This document shows, one piece after another, positions 27,445-36,170 of a stretch of DNA of 64,000 bases. Positions within the stretch are counted from its first letter, which is position 1; each line of letters opens with the position of its first letter. The translations under genes were made by a program, and so were the position numbers. The stretch is from assembly GCA_963664395.2 (NCBI GenBank), contig OY761159.2, positions 2,304,001 to 2,368,000 on the forward strand, written 5' to 3'. Origin of the DNA: Candidatus Binatia bacterium. Its GTDB lineage: Bacteria; Desulfobacterota; Binatia; Bin18. The notes beneath the pieces are model-generated. The model was not told where the DNA came from. It worked only from the letters and a program-made list of their open reading frames with translations, and ran no database searches.

Positions 27445-28224
27445 GTGGTGCGACGAGAAAAAAGCAACTATATTATCCAAGCGGTTGCCCATGCCCTCGA
27501 CGTTCTTGAGCAATTCCATACTGATGCGGAACTCGGCGTGACTGAACTGAGCAAACGACTCACGCTTCACAAAAATAATGTTTTCCGAATCCTAGCAACA
27601 TTAGAATCACGCGGCTATATCGAGCAAAATCGTTCGACTGAAAACTATCGTCTGGGCACAAAGTGTTTGCAACTCGGGCAGACCTATATCCAACACATGG
27701 GACTGTTGCAACAGGCCAGGCCCGTCCTGTTTGATGTGGTCAAAGCCTGTCGTGAGACAGCCTATGTCACGGTTATGCGGCAGGGGAAAGTCGTGCCGGT
27801 TGACATGGTCGAACCCGACCAAGCCGTTCGGATTGTCTCTCATATTGGGGAGAGCCTGCCGCTGCACTGTACGGCTGCGGGCAAAGTACATTTGGCCTTT
27901 GAGACCAGGGAAGAAGCGCAACGTTCCCTGCCCGCTTCGCTCCGGACGCATACCGCGCAAACAATTACCGACCGTACGCTGCTTGAAGCCCAGCTCAATG
28001 AGATTTCTCAGAAAGGCTATGCGCTTGAAAACGGTGAGCATCTGACCGATGTTCAGACGGTGGCCGTGCCGATCCGAGATTACACCCGTACGGTCGTCGG
28101 AAGCTTAGCGGTCAGCGGCCCTGCCTATCGGATTGGGCTGGAACGGCTTGAGCACGAACTGGTCCCTTTGACAATCCAGGCCGGGAAAGACCTCTCCAGT
28201 CGTCTTGGTCACCCGATTTCCTGA
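27445..28224 (+). CDS. IclR family transcriptional regulator
   Basis: N-terminal wHTH (LGVTELSKRL..HKNNVFRILATL), PLHCTAAGK, VAVPI, SVSGP-like motif. Confidence 0.95.
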   Translation: MVRREKSNYIIQAVAHALDVLEQFHTDAELGVTELSKRLTLHKNNVFRILATLESRGYIEQNRSTENYRLGTKCLQLGQTYIQHMGLLQQARPVLFDVVKACRETAYVTVMRQGKVVPVDMVEPDQAVRIVSHIGESLPLHCTAAGKVHLAFETREEAQRSLPASLRTHTAQTITDRTLLEAQLNEISQKGYALENGEHLTDVQTVAVPIRDYTRTVVGSLAVSGPAYRIGLERLEHELVPLTIQAGKDLSSRLGHPIS

Positions 28225-28439
28225 GCTGTGCAGGTCAGAGGGCGCACAGCCATTCCTGACGGTTTGGTCGTGCACGCTTGACAGCCAGAGCGTGAAGCGT
28301 TGAACTGGGAGAAATTTGGTGTCGGGCCTGAAGCGAGACAGATGAAGACCATATATCAGAAGTATGGAGAATGACCTGCTGATTCGATTTGAGATTCTCG
28401 ATACGTCTATTCGCATTTTATGACAGGAGGAAAACACTG

Positions 28440-29195
28440 GTGAAAGCACTTGTGACGGTCAAACGGGTCCCTGACCCGGAGACAACGATCCGTGTGAAAT
28501 CTGATGGATCTGGAATTGAGACAGATAATATCAAATATGTCATCAACCCATTTGATGAGATCGCTCTTGAGGAAGCCCTTCGCATCAAGGAAAAGCTGGG
28601 CTCCGGTGAGGTGGTGTTAGTCAGTATTGGCGCAAGCGCGGTGACCGAGCAACTCAGGACCGGGCTGGCGATGGGTGCCGATCGGGCCATCTTAGTTGGC
28701 TGTGACCAAGACTTGGACTCCTTGGCCGTCGCCCGGGTCCTGGCCAAAATTGTTGAAGACGAAAGCCCGCAACTCGTCATTATGGGCAAGCAGGCGATTG
28801 ACGACGACGCCAATCAAGCCGGCCAGATGCTGGCGGCCCTGTTGGATTGGCCCCAAGCGACATTTGCTTCCGAAGTTGTGCTGTCCGATGACCACCGAGC
28901 CGTCAAGGTCACGCGCGAAGTGGACGGGGGACTGGAAACAATAGGCTTTGCCTTGCCCGGTATTATTACCTCTGATTTGCGACTCAACGAACCCCGCTAC
29001 GCGTCACTCCCCGGAATTATGAAGGCGCGCAAAAAAGAGATCAAAGAAATTGCTGCGGCAGACCTCGGCGTTGATATTACACCTCACTTGACGATCAATA
29101 GCCTTGAACCGCCAGTCCGGAGAGAAGCCGGCAAAAAAGTCGGGACCGTGGCAGAGTTAATTGGTCTGCTTCACGATGAGGCGAAAGTTATCTAA
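28440..29195 (+). CDS. etfB: Electron transfer flavoprotein beta subunit
   Basis: VKRVPD, INPFDEIALEEAL, GKQAIDDD, REVDGG, NEPRYASLPGIMKA; SD AGGAGG before GTG. Confidence 0.97.
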   Translation: MKALVTVKRVPDPETTIRVKSDGSGIETDNIKYVINPFDEIALEEALRIKEKLGSGEVVLVSIGASAVTEQLRTGLAMGADRAILVGCDQDLDSLAVARVLAKIVEDESPQLVIMGKQAIDDDANQAGQMLAALLDWPQATFASEVVLSDDHRAVKVTREVDGGLETIGFALPGIITSDLRLNEPRYASLPGIMKARKKEIKEIAAADLGVDITPHLTINSLEPPVRREAGKKVGTVAELIGLLHDEAKVI

Positions 29196-29255
29196 CGGTA
29201 CTGTGCAACCGTGCGGGGGCGTGGTGCTATGCGATGACATCTGGAGACTAGAATA

Positions 29256-30224
29256 ATGGGAAATATACTTGTTTTTGCGGAAACTCAAAAAGGGAGCGTC
29301 CCCAAGAGTTCGCTGATTGCCATTCAAGCCGGCAAAGACGTGGCGAGTAAACTCGGCGGCGACGTGCTTGTGGCAGTATTAGGCTCAGACACCGCTGCTG
29401 CCGCGCACGAAGCGGCAGGATACGGGGCCGCAAAGGTATTGGCTGTCAATGATACGGCATTGGAGCACTATCTCGCAGATGCCTACGCTGCCGCGCTCGA
29501 ACAGCTCGTGCAGGCAAACGATGTAACGACGTTGGTGGCGACTGCTACTGCTGTGGGCAAAGATCTTTTGCCGCGCGTGGCGGCCCGACTTGGGGTGGGG
29601 ATGGCCAGCGATGTCGTGAGCTTTAATAACGATGGAACGTTGCAGCGGCCTATGTATGCCGGCAATACGGTGGCAACCGTGACGCTTGCTGACTCTATCA
29701 AGGTCGTGTCTGTCCGCAGCACCGCGTTTGACGCTGCCCAAAGGGGAGAGCAGTCCGCGGTTGAACAGGCCAGCGTGAGCCTCGATGCAGACGCAACAAA
29801 AATGCAATTTGTTGAATTCAATGAAACCAAGTCTGACCGGCCTAACCTGACGGAGGCCAGCATTGTGGTGTCTGGCGGGCGTGGCCTGAAGTCGGGCGAG
29901 AATTTCACGACCTATATTGAGCCTTTGGTGGACGAGTTGAATGCTGCCATGGGTGCTAGCCGGGCTGCGGTTGATGCCGGGTTTGTCCCGAATGATTTGC
30001 AGGTCGGGCAAACCGGGAAAGTCGTAGCGCCGGATTTATATATTGCGGTGGGGATCTCCGGTGCGATTCAGCATTTAGCCGGCATGAAGGACTCGAAAAT
30101 CATTGTGGCAGTGAATAAAGATCCCGACGCACCAATTTTCAACGTCGCTGACTATGGTCTGGTCGCCGACCTGTTCAAGGCCGTGCCCGAGTTGACCGAG
30201 GCGGTAAAAAAGGCCAAGGAATAG
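29256..30224 (+). CDS. etfA: Electron transfer flavoprotein alpha subunit
   Basis: [40 protein letters not shown]. Confidence 0.98.
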   Translation: MGNILVFAETQKGSVPKSSLIAIQAGKDVASKLGGDVLVAVLGSDTAAAAHEAAGYGAAKVLAVNDTALEHYLADAYAAALEQLVQANDVTTLVATATAVGKDLLPRVAARLGVGMASDVVSFNNDGTLQRPMYAGNTVATVTLADSIKVVSVRSTAFDAAQRGEQSAVEQASVSLDADATKMQFVEFNETKSDRPNLTEASIVVSGGRGLKSGENFTTYIEPLVDELNAAMGASRAAVDAGFVPNDLQVGQTGKVVAPDLYIAVGISGAIQHLAGMKDSKIIVAVNKDPDAPIFNVADYGLVADLFKAVPELTEAVKKAKE

Positions 30225-30266
30225 GAAACCGCGTCCGGCGAGCGCTGCGAAAAATCGGCCCACCAT

Positions 30267-30290
30267 GTAGGCCGCGGAATTCTCCGCGGC
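30267..30290 (+). repeat. GTAG plus hairpin GCCGCGGA-ATTC-TCCGCGGC (REP-like or terminator-like) after etfA
   Basis: Perfect 8-bp stem preceded by GTAG. Confidence 0.5.
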
Positions 30291-30353
30291 TTCAGTCATA
30301 CATCTTGGTATGCTGGATAGTTTTGCTCAGCGTGTATCATCATATGAAAGAAT

Positions 30354-30415
30354 TATAATAGATCATATGGTCGAATTATAGCCTTGTGCTCAGATTTAAG
30401 AGATCATATGGTCGA
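30354..30415 (+). promoter_or_regulatory. TA promoter/operator: TATAAT plus two 15-bp direct repeats AGATCATATGGTCGA (30360-30374, 30401-30415)
   Basis: Each repeat contains the imperfect palindrome GATCAT/ATGGTC; directly upstream of the toxin gene. Confidence 0.7.
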
Positions 30416-30445
30416 TTATGATGGAAATCCGTCAAAATTTATGGA

Positions 30446-30811
30446 TTGGTCGCTCCTGTGAGCATCGACGACTCGATAAGGCACCAACTTGTTGTCCTCG
30501 CAAGGCGAAGCAATGCTCGTGTGACCGAGTTCAGCCGAGACCGTCCGACAGACTGGCGGCCTGGAGAGGTCCGTGACCCGGCTGGAACACTCTGGCCTTA
30601 TTTTACCCGTACCTCGGCATGGGAACTGATTGCGGACATGCTGGAAGGTGGGCACGATGTGGAAACTATCGAACTCGAAAAGCCTCCGGGAGCCAAAGGC
30701 TATGTCATGAAAATCGATCTTGAGCCAAACAAACCACCCCTGTACGTCAAGCTCCAATTGGGCTCTGGAAAGATCATCGGGCGTAGCTTTCACTACTCAA
30801 AGTCGGAATAA
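30446..30811 (+). CDS. MqsR-like (RelE-fold) toxin candidate; start may be GTG 30458
   Basis: C-terminal LYVKLQL...IIGRSFH motif typical of MqsR-family mRNases; precedes an MqsA-like gene. Confidence 0.65.
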   Translation: MVAPVSIDDSIRHQLVVLARRSNARVTEFSRDRPTDWRPGEVRDPAGTLWPYFTRTSAWELIADMLEGGHDVETIELEKPPGAKGYVMKIDLEPNKPPLYVKLQLGSGKIIGRSFHYSKSE

Positions 30812-30816
30812 GGGAT

Positions 30817-31392
30817 TTGCAAATGGAATCTCGCGCCTCGACAACCCAGGTGTCTATAGAGAACAGAGACTACGCCTGCCCACAGTGCGGAGAAAAAGGT
30901 GCGGTTACGACTTCGTCATACCTCCATACGTTTCGCTACGGCTCTGGAGAATCCGCCGTTGATCTAACGGTCGAGTTACCGCTACGCCGATGTAGCTCCT
31001 GTGAGTTTGAGTTCTTGGATGATGAAGCCGAATGCCTTGAGCACGAGGCGATTTGTGCACATCTCGGTGTACTATCACCGAAAGAGATACGTGGGATTCG
31101 AGAGGCGTACGACCTGTCTCGCAACGAATTCGTGCAGGTCACCGGGCTTGGCGAGGCGACGCTGAATCGCTGGGAAAACGGTATTATAATTCAGACGCTT
31201 GCGAATGATCGGTATCTCCGCCTTCTCGCTTTACCTCTGAACATGCAGAGGCTCAAAAGTTTTGGTTCATCCGCACAGACGTCGTCATCTAGTGTGAATC
31301 CTAACGGCGGTAAATTCCAGGCGTTGAGTGAGTCCGACATCGTTCGGCATCAACAAGGACAAGAGTCTTTCTCCTTGCGAAGGGCCGCCTGA
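30817..31392 (+). CDS. MqsA-family antitoxin (CxxC..CxxC Zn finger + XRE HTH) with a C-terminal extension
   Basis: CPQCG...CSSC, LSPKEIRGIRE...LSRNEF...GLGEATLNRWENG...DRYLRLL. Confidence 0.88.
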   Translation: MQMESRASTTQVSIENRDYACPQCGEKGAVTTSSYLHTFRYGSGESAVDLTVELPLRRCSSCEFEFLDDEAECLEHEAICAHLGVLSPKEIRGIREAYDLSRNEFVQVTGLGEATLNRWENGIIIQTLANDRYLRLLALPLNMQRLKSFGSSAQTSSSSVNPNGGKFQALSESDIVRHQQGQESFSLRRAA

Positions 31393-31398
31393 CAACAG

Positions 31399-32628
31399 AT
31401 GTACGTCACCACGTTTTACTCCTTCAAGGGTGGCGTTGGGCGCACGATGGCGCTCGTGAACGCAGCCGTCGAACTTGCGAACACTGGGCGCCGAGTCCTC
31501 GTGGTAGATTTTGACCTTGAAGCGCCCGGCCTCGACACTTTCGACATATTGCACTCCAAAACTCAGGTCCCGGGAATCGTTGACTTCGTTAGTGAGTATA
31601 TAGCCTCCGGCCAAGCTCCAGAGGTCGATAGATTCATAGGAAAATCACCCGACATCGGTGACAAGGAGGGTGGATTATGGATCATGCCGTCCGGCGCGCA
31701 TCATAAGAGCTACGCCGCGCATTTCAGTCAGATTGACTGGGCTGCACTCTACGAACAGCATGATGGTTATCTGCTGTTCGAGGACCTCAAGGAGCAGTGG
31801 AAGCAGGTCCTCAAGCCCGATTATGTGCTGATTGATTCGCGCACGGGTCACACCGACACCGGTGGCATCTGTACCCGGCAGCTCCCCGACACGGTCGCGA
31901 TATTATTTTTTCCGAACGAGCAGAATTTGCGGGGTTTGACCAAGGTCGTTCGTGACATTCGCGCGGAAGCCGAGGGACCGCGCAAAAAGGAGATTGAACT
32001 CCATTTCGTGATGTCCAACGTGCCTGACTTGGACGACGAAGACAGGATTCTGGAGAGTAAGATCAAGGCGTTCCAGAATCAGCTAGGCTTCAAGCGGGAA
32101 CCGATGATCGTACATAGATACAACAGCTTGGCGCTGTTGAACCAAGTGGTTTTCACCAAGGATCGGCCAAGAAGCCGTCTTGCTCAGGAATACCGTGACG
32201 TCGTTCAAGAGATCGTCATGCTTAATCCCGCGGACCGAGAGGGAGCATTGAATTACATGAACTCCATCCGAGAAGGAGAATTGGATAATATGGATTTCAT
32301 CAGGCGAACACGCCGTCGAGGGATGGAGTCTGAACCACCGCAGCAGACCGACAGAAAGCTTCAGCAAATTGAGGATGCACATTCGGACGACGGCGAAGTG
32401 CTGGTCAAACTGGGCAGGCTGCGAAGGGCTCTCGGGAAACCGGAGCAGTCGGAATTGTTGTTCGATCGAGCGATTGAGGCTGGTTACGACGCACACGATT
32501 TAGAATGGGACCGCATTCTCAATCGTATGCGTCGGGCATGGAACAGCGATGAATCAAGAACCCGACTCAAAACGCTCATGGAGACTTCGACTAAGCAGGA
32601 GAAGAATGGGCATAGTAAATCCGATTAG
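31399..32628 (+). CDS. KGGVGR-motif ParA/MinD-like ATPase with a C-terminal TPR-like helix pair
   Basis: TFYSFKGGVGRTMAL deviant Walker A, VDFDLEAPGL, DYVLIDSRTG; TPR-like DGEVLVKLGRLRRALGKPEQSELLFDRAIEAG. Confidence 0.85.
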   Translation: MYVTTFYSFKGGVGRTMALVNAAVELANTGRRVLVVDFDLEAPGLDTFDILHSKTQVPGIVDFVSEYIASGQAPEVDRFIGKSPDIGDKEGGLWIMPSGAHHKSYAAHFSQIDWAALYEQHDGYLLFEDLKEQWKQVLKPDYVLIDSRTGHTDTGGICTRQLPDTVAILFFPNEQNLRGLTKVVRDIRAEAEGPRKKEIELHFVMSNVPDLDDEDRILESKIKAFQNQLGFKREPMIVHRYNSLALLNQVVFTKDRPRSRLAQEYRDVVQEIVMLNPADREGALNYMNSIREGELDNMDFIRRTRRRGMESEPPQQTDRKLQQIEDAHSDDGEVLVKLGRLRRALGKPEQSELLFDRAIEAGYDAHDLEWDRILNRMRRAWNSDESRTRLKTLMETSTKQEKNGHSKSD

Positions 32629-32664
32629 CGTAAATAGTTGTGTCCCAATAGCTGGATGGTGGAA

Positions 32665-35600
32665 ATGAGCCTGACGAGTCTTTTGATCGCCAATCGCGGT
32701 GAAATCGCTATTCGCATTGCGCGTGCGGCTGCCGAACTCGGCATACGGACCGTTGCCGTTTTCTCTGAAGACGATGCGCAGTCGCTCCATACCCAAAAGA
32801 CAGACGACGCGCTGCCGCTCCAAGGCCGGGGCGCCGCGGCCTACCTCGATATCGAGCAGATACTTGCTCTTGCTACACAAGCCGGCTGTGACGCGATTCA
32901 TCCCGGATATGGGTTTTTGAGCGAGAATGCGGAGTTCGCCAAGCGCTGTGCCGAGGCTGCCGTGACTTTTGTTGGCCCCCAAGTCGAGACGCTTGCCCTG
33001 TTTGGTGACAAGGGACAGGCACGAATACTTGCTGAAAGATGCGGCGTTCCCGTCCTGCCTGGGACGTCAGGGGCGACGAGCGTGGACGAGGCGAAAGAGT
33101 TCCTGGTATCACTGGGTGCCGGTGGAGCCGTTATGATCAAAGCCCTGGCCGGTGGTGGCGGCCGTGGGATGCGTGCAGTGCAGGCGGTCGATGATATTGA
33201 AGCGGCCTACGCGCGGTGTCAGTCTGAAGCAAACGCAGCGTTTGGGAATGGCGACGTGTATGTTGAGCAACTCATTCCCCGTGCGCGGCATATCGAGGTC
33301 CAGGTCGTTGGTGATGGGTCCGGCGCGGTCAGCCAGCTTGGCGAGCGTGAGTGTAGCATCCAGCGCCGCAACCAGAAGCTGGTGGAAATCGCCCCGTCGC
33401 CTGGGCTGTTGCCTGAACTCAGAGAGCGCTTGAGCAGCGCCGCGGTCCGACTCGCCCGAGAGGTGCACTACGCCAGCCTGGGCACGTTCGAGTTTCTGGT
33501 TAATGCGGAACATGGCGGTGACAACGCGACATTTGCCTTTATTGAAGCCAACGCGCGGCTGCAAGTTGAGCACACCGTCACAGAAGAAGTGACGGGCGTG
33601 GACCTCGTCAAGGCACAATTACGCCTAGCCGGTGGCAGCTCGCTGGCTGACCTTGGACTCACCCAGGCGCGTATTCCCGCGCCGCGGGGCTTTGCCATGC
33701 AGGTTCGTATCAATATGGAGACCATGGCACCCGATGGCACGCCACGCCCGTCAGGCGGGACCTTATCCGCGTTTGAAGTGCCGTCGGGTCCCGGTCTGCG
33801 AACCGATACCTTCGGCTATGTTGGCTACACCACCAGTCCGAGTTTCGATTCCCTGCTGGCCAAATTGATCGGTTCTTCTCCCTCGTCGGATTTTTCCGAT
33901 GTTGTGACCAGGACCTACCGTGCGCTGTGTGAATTCAAGATCGAAGGCGTTGCGACTAACATCCCATTCTTACAGAGCCTCTTACGGCATCCGGCATTCG
34001 TGAATAATCAGATCTATACCCGCTTTGTCGAAGACCATATTGCTGAGCTGGTTCACTCGGATGACCATCAGCGCTTCTTTTTTCATACGGACGCTGCCCA
34101 GTCAGGAACCCCAGCGCTGGCTGGCGTGAAAGTTGACACCGTTGATCCTTTAGCCGTGCTTGAGCATGGCAAGTCTGCGGGCTCGACATCTGCTGTGGCC
34201 ACGGCTCCGGTCGGACAAGCACCAGCCGTCGAGGTGAGCGGTCCTGACGGGACCGTGGCCGTCCCGGCTCCTCTCCAGGGGACTATTGTCAGTCTGGACA
34301 TCAGTGAAGGCGACGAGGTGCACGTCGGCCAGCAACTCCTCATCATGGAATCCATGAAGATGGAGCATGTGATCGCAGCTGAAACGAGCGGCGTTATCCG
34401 CCAACTGACCGTCGGTCAGGGAGACGCGGTTTTTGAAGGCCATCCGCTTGCCTTTATCGAAGAGACCGAGGTGGCGGTGACGGCAGTCGAACAAGCGACC
34501 GAGCTCGACCTCGACTATATCCGCCCGGACCTGGCTGAGATCGTTGAGCGGCATGAACTCGGCATGGACGCCGCCCGGCCCGAGGCGGTTGCACGGCGGC
34601 GGAAGACCGGCCAACGCACCGCACGTGAGAACGTATACGATATCTGTGACCCCGATACCTACGTCGAGTACGGGCCTATGGTCATTGCGGCCCAACGGCA
34701 GCGTCGCGCGCTGGATGACTTGGTGCGACGCACCCCGGCAGACGGCATGATCGCTGGCGTCGGCAGTGTCAACGGCGCTCTGTTTGACGAAAAAGCAGCC
34801 CAGTGCATTGTCATCTCCTACGATTATACCGTGCTGGCCGGGACGCAGGGGTTTAAGAATCACTACAAAAAAGACCGCATGTTTGAGTTGGCCGAGCGCT
34901 GGAAGCTACCGGTTGTCTTCTTTGCCGAAGGCGGTGGTGGTCGTCCGGGCGATACCGACTGGTCAAGTCCATCCGGGCTGGACGTCCCGGCCTTTTACCT
35001 GTGGGGCAAGCTCAGCGGCATGGTTCCCCTGGTCGGCATTACCTCAGGCCGTTGTTTCGCCGGGAACGCGGTGATTCTGGGCTGTTGTGATGTGATTATT
35101 GCGACCGCAGGGTCGAATATCGGCATGGGTGGCCCGGCCATGATCGAGGGCGGCGGCCTGGGGGTCTTCCGGCCGGAAGAGGTCGGGCCGATGGAAGAAC
35201 AGGTGCCGAACGGCGTGGTGGATATCCCGGTCACAGACGAAGCCGAAGCGGTTCAGGTGGCGAAAAAATATCTCTCCTATTTTCAGGGACCGATCGCCGA
35301 GTGGGAATGTGCCGACCAACGCTTGTTGCGTTATATCGTGCCGGAGAATCGCCTGCGCGTGTATGAAGTCCGGGATGTGATCGACACCCTGGCCGACACC
35401 GATTCTGTGCTGGAAATCCGCAAGCACTTTGGTATCGGCATGGTGACGTCCTTTGTGCGGATTGAGGGACGCCCGGTTGGTGTGATTGCCAATAACCCCA
35501 AGCATCTGGGGGGGGCCATTGATTCCGACGCGGCGGACAAAGCCACGCGGTTCATGCAGTTATGTGATGCGTTTGACATTCCCATTCTCATGCTGTGTGA

Positions 35601-36075
35601 CACACCCGGAAATATGGTTGGCCCTGAGCACGAAAAGACCGCTCTGGTGCGTCATTGCTGTCGCATGTTTGTGACCGGTGCCAGCCTGACCGTGCCGTTC
35701 TTCACCATCGTGTTGCGAAAATCGTACGGACTCGGCGCGCAGGGGATGGCCGGCGGGAGTTTCAAAGCCCCGGCTTTTGCGGTTTCCTGGCCAACCGGCG
35801 AGTTTGGTGGCATGGGGCTGGAGGGCGCGGTCAAGCTGGGTTACCGCAAAGAGTTGGAGGCCGAGACCGACCCGCATAAGCGCAAAGACCTCTACGAACA
35901 GCTCGTCGCCAAGATGTATGAAAGCGGCAAAGCGCTCAGCACCGCAACCTATTTCGAGATTGATGACGTGATTGATCCCGCCGAGTCTCGGCGCTGGATT
36001 ATGGCCGCCCTGCGATCCTCGCCCCCGCCCGCCCCGCGGACAGAGAAAAAGCGGCCGTGTATCGATACGTGGTGA
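32665..36075 (+). CDS. Single-chain multidomain acyl-CoA carboxylase (BC-BCCP-CT, LCC type)
   Basis: ANRGEIA BC domain, ESMKMEH biotin site, CT domain DYTVLAGTQG, GGGGRPGDTD, CDTPG. Confidence 0.93.
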   Translation: MSLTSLLIANRGEIAIRIARAAAELGIRTVAVFSEDDAQSLHTQKTDDALPLQGRGAAAYLDIEQILALATQAGCDAIHPGYGFLSENAEFAKRCAEAAVTFVGPQVETLALFGDKGQARILAERCGVPVLPGTSGATSVDEAKEFLVSLGAGGAVMIKALAGGGGRGMRAVQAVDDIEAAYARCQSEANAAFGNGDVYVEQLIPRARHIEVQVVGDGSGAVSQLGERECSIQRRNQKLVEIAPSPGLLPELRERLSSAAVRLAREVHYASLGTFEFLVNAEHGGDNATFAFIEANARLQVEHTVTEEVTGVDLVKAQLRLAGGSSLADLGLTQARIPAPRGFAMQVRINMETMAPDGTPRPSGGTLSAFEVPSGPGLRTDTFGYVGYTTSPSFDSLLAKLIGSSPSSDFSDVVTRTYRALCEFKIEGVATNIPFLQSLLRHPAFVNNQIYTRFVEDHIAELVHSDDHQRFFFHTDAAQSGTPALAGVKVDTVDPLAVLEHGKSAGSTSAVATAPVGQAPAVEVSGPDGTVAVPAPLQGTIVSLDISEGDEVHVGQQLLIMESMKMEHVIAAETSGVIRQLTVGQGDAVFEGHPLAFIEETEVAVTAVEQATELDLDYIRPDLAEIVERHELGMDAARPEAVARRRKTGQRTARENVYDICDPDTYVEYGPMVIAAQRQRRALDDLVRRTPADGMIAGVGSVNGALFDEKAAQCIVISYDYTVLAGTQGFKNHYKKDRMFELAERWKLPVVFFAEGGGGRPGDTDWSSPSGLDVPAFYLWGKLSGMVPLVGITSGRCFAGNAVILGCCDVIIATAGSNIGMGGPAMIEGGGLGVFRPEEVGPMEEQVPNGVVDIPVTDEAEAVQVAKKYLSYFQGPIAEWECADQRLLRYIVPENRLRVYEVRDVIDTLADTDSVLEIRKHFGIGMVTSFVRIEGRPVGVIANNPKHLGGAIDSDAADKATRFMQLCDAFDIPILMLCDTPGNMVGPEHEKTALVRHCCRMFVTGASLTVPFFTIVLRKSYGLGAQGMAGGSFKAPAFAVSWPTGEFGGMGLEGAVKLGYRKELEAETDPHKRKDLYEQLVAKMYESGKALSTATYFEIDDVIDPAESRRWIMAALRSSPPPAPRTEKKRPCIDTW

Positions 36076-36092
36076 TGAAAACGCTGTATCCC

Positions 36093-36146
36093 GTTCATCA
36101 GGTTCACCAAGTTCACCAAGTTCACCAAGTTCACCAGGTTCAGCAG
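36093..36146. repeat. 9-bp tandem repeat GTTCAnCAR x6, intergenic between convergent genes
   Basis: GTTCATCAG GTTCACCAA x3 GTTCACCAG GTTCAGCAG. Confidence 0.93.
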
Positions 36147-36170
36147 GGCAGCGCGCCGGGCTGCCTCAGG

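Noticed and set aside
31399-32628. Chromosome-partitioning ParA
   Set aside because: Walker A is KGGVGR rather than KGGVGK, no parB is adjacent, and it has a long C-terminal extension.
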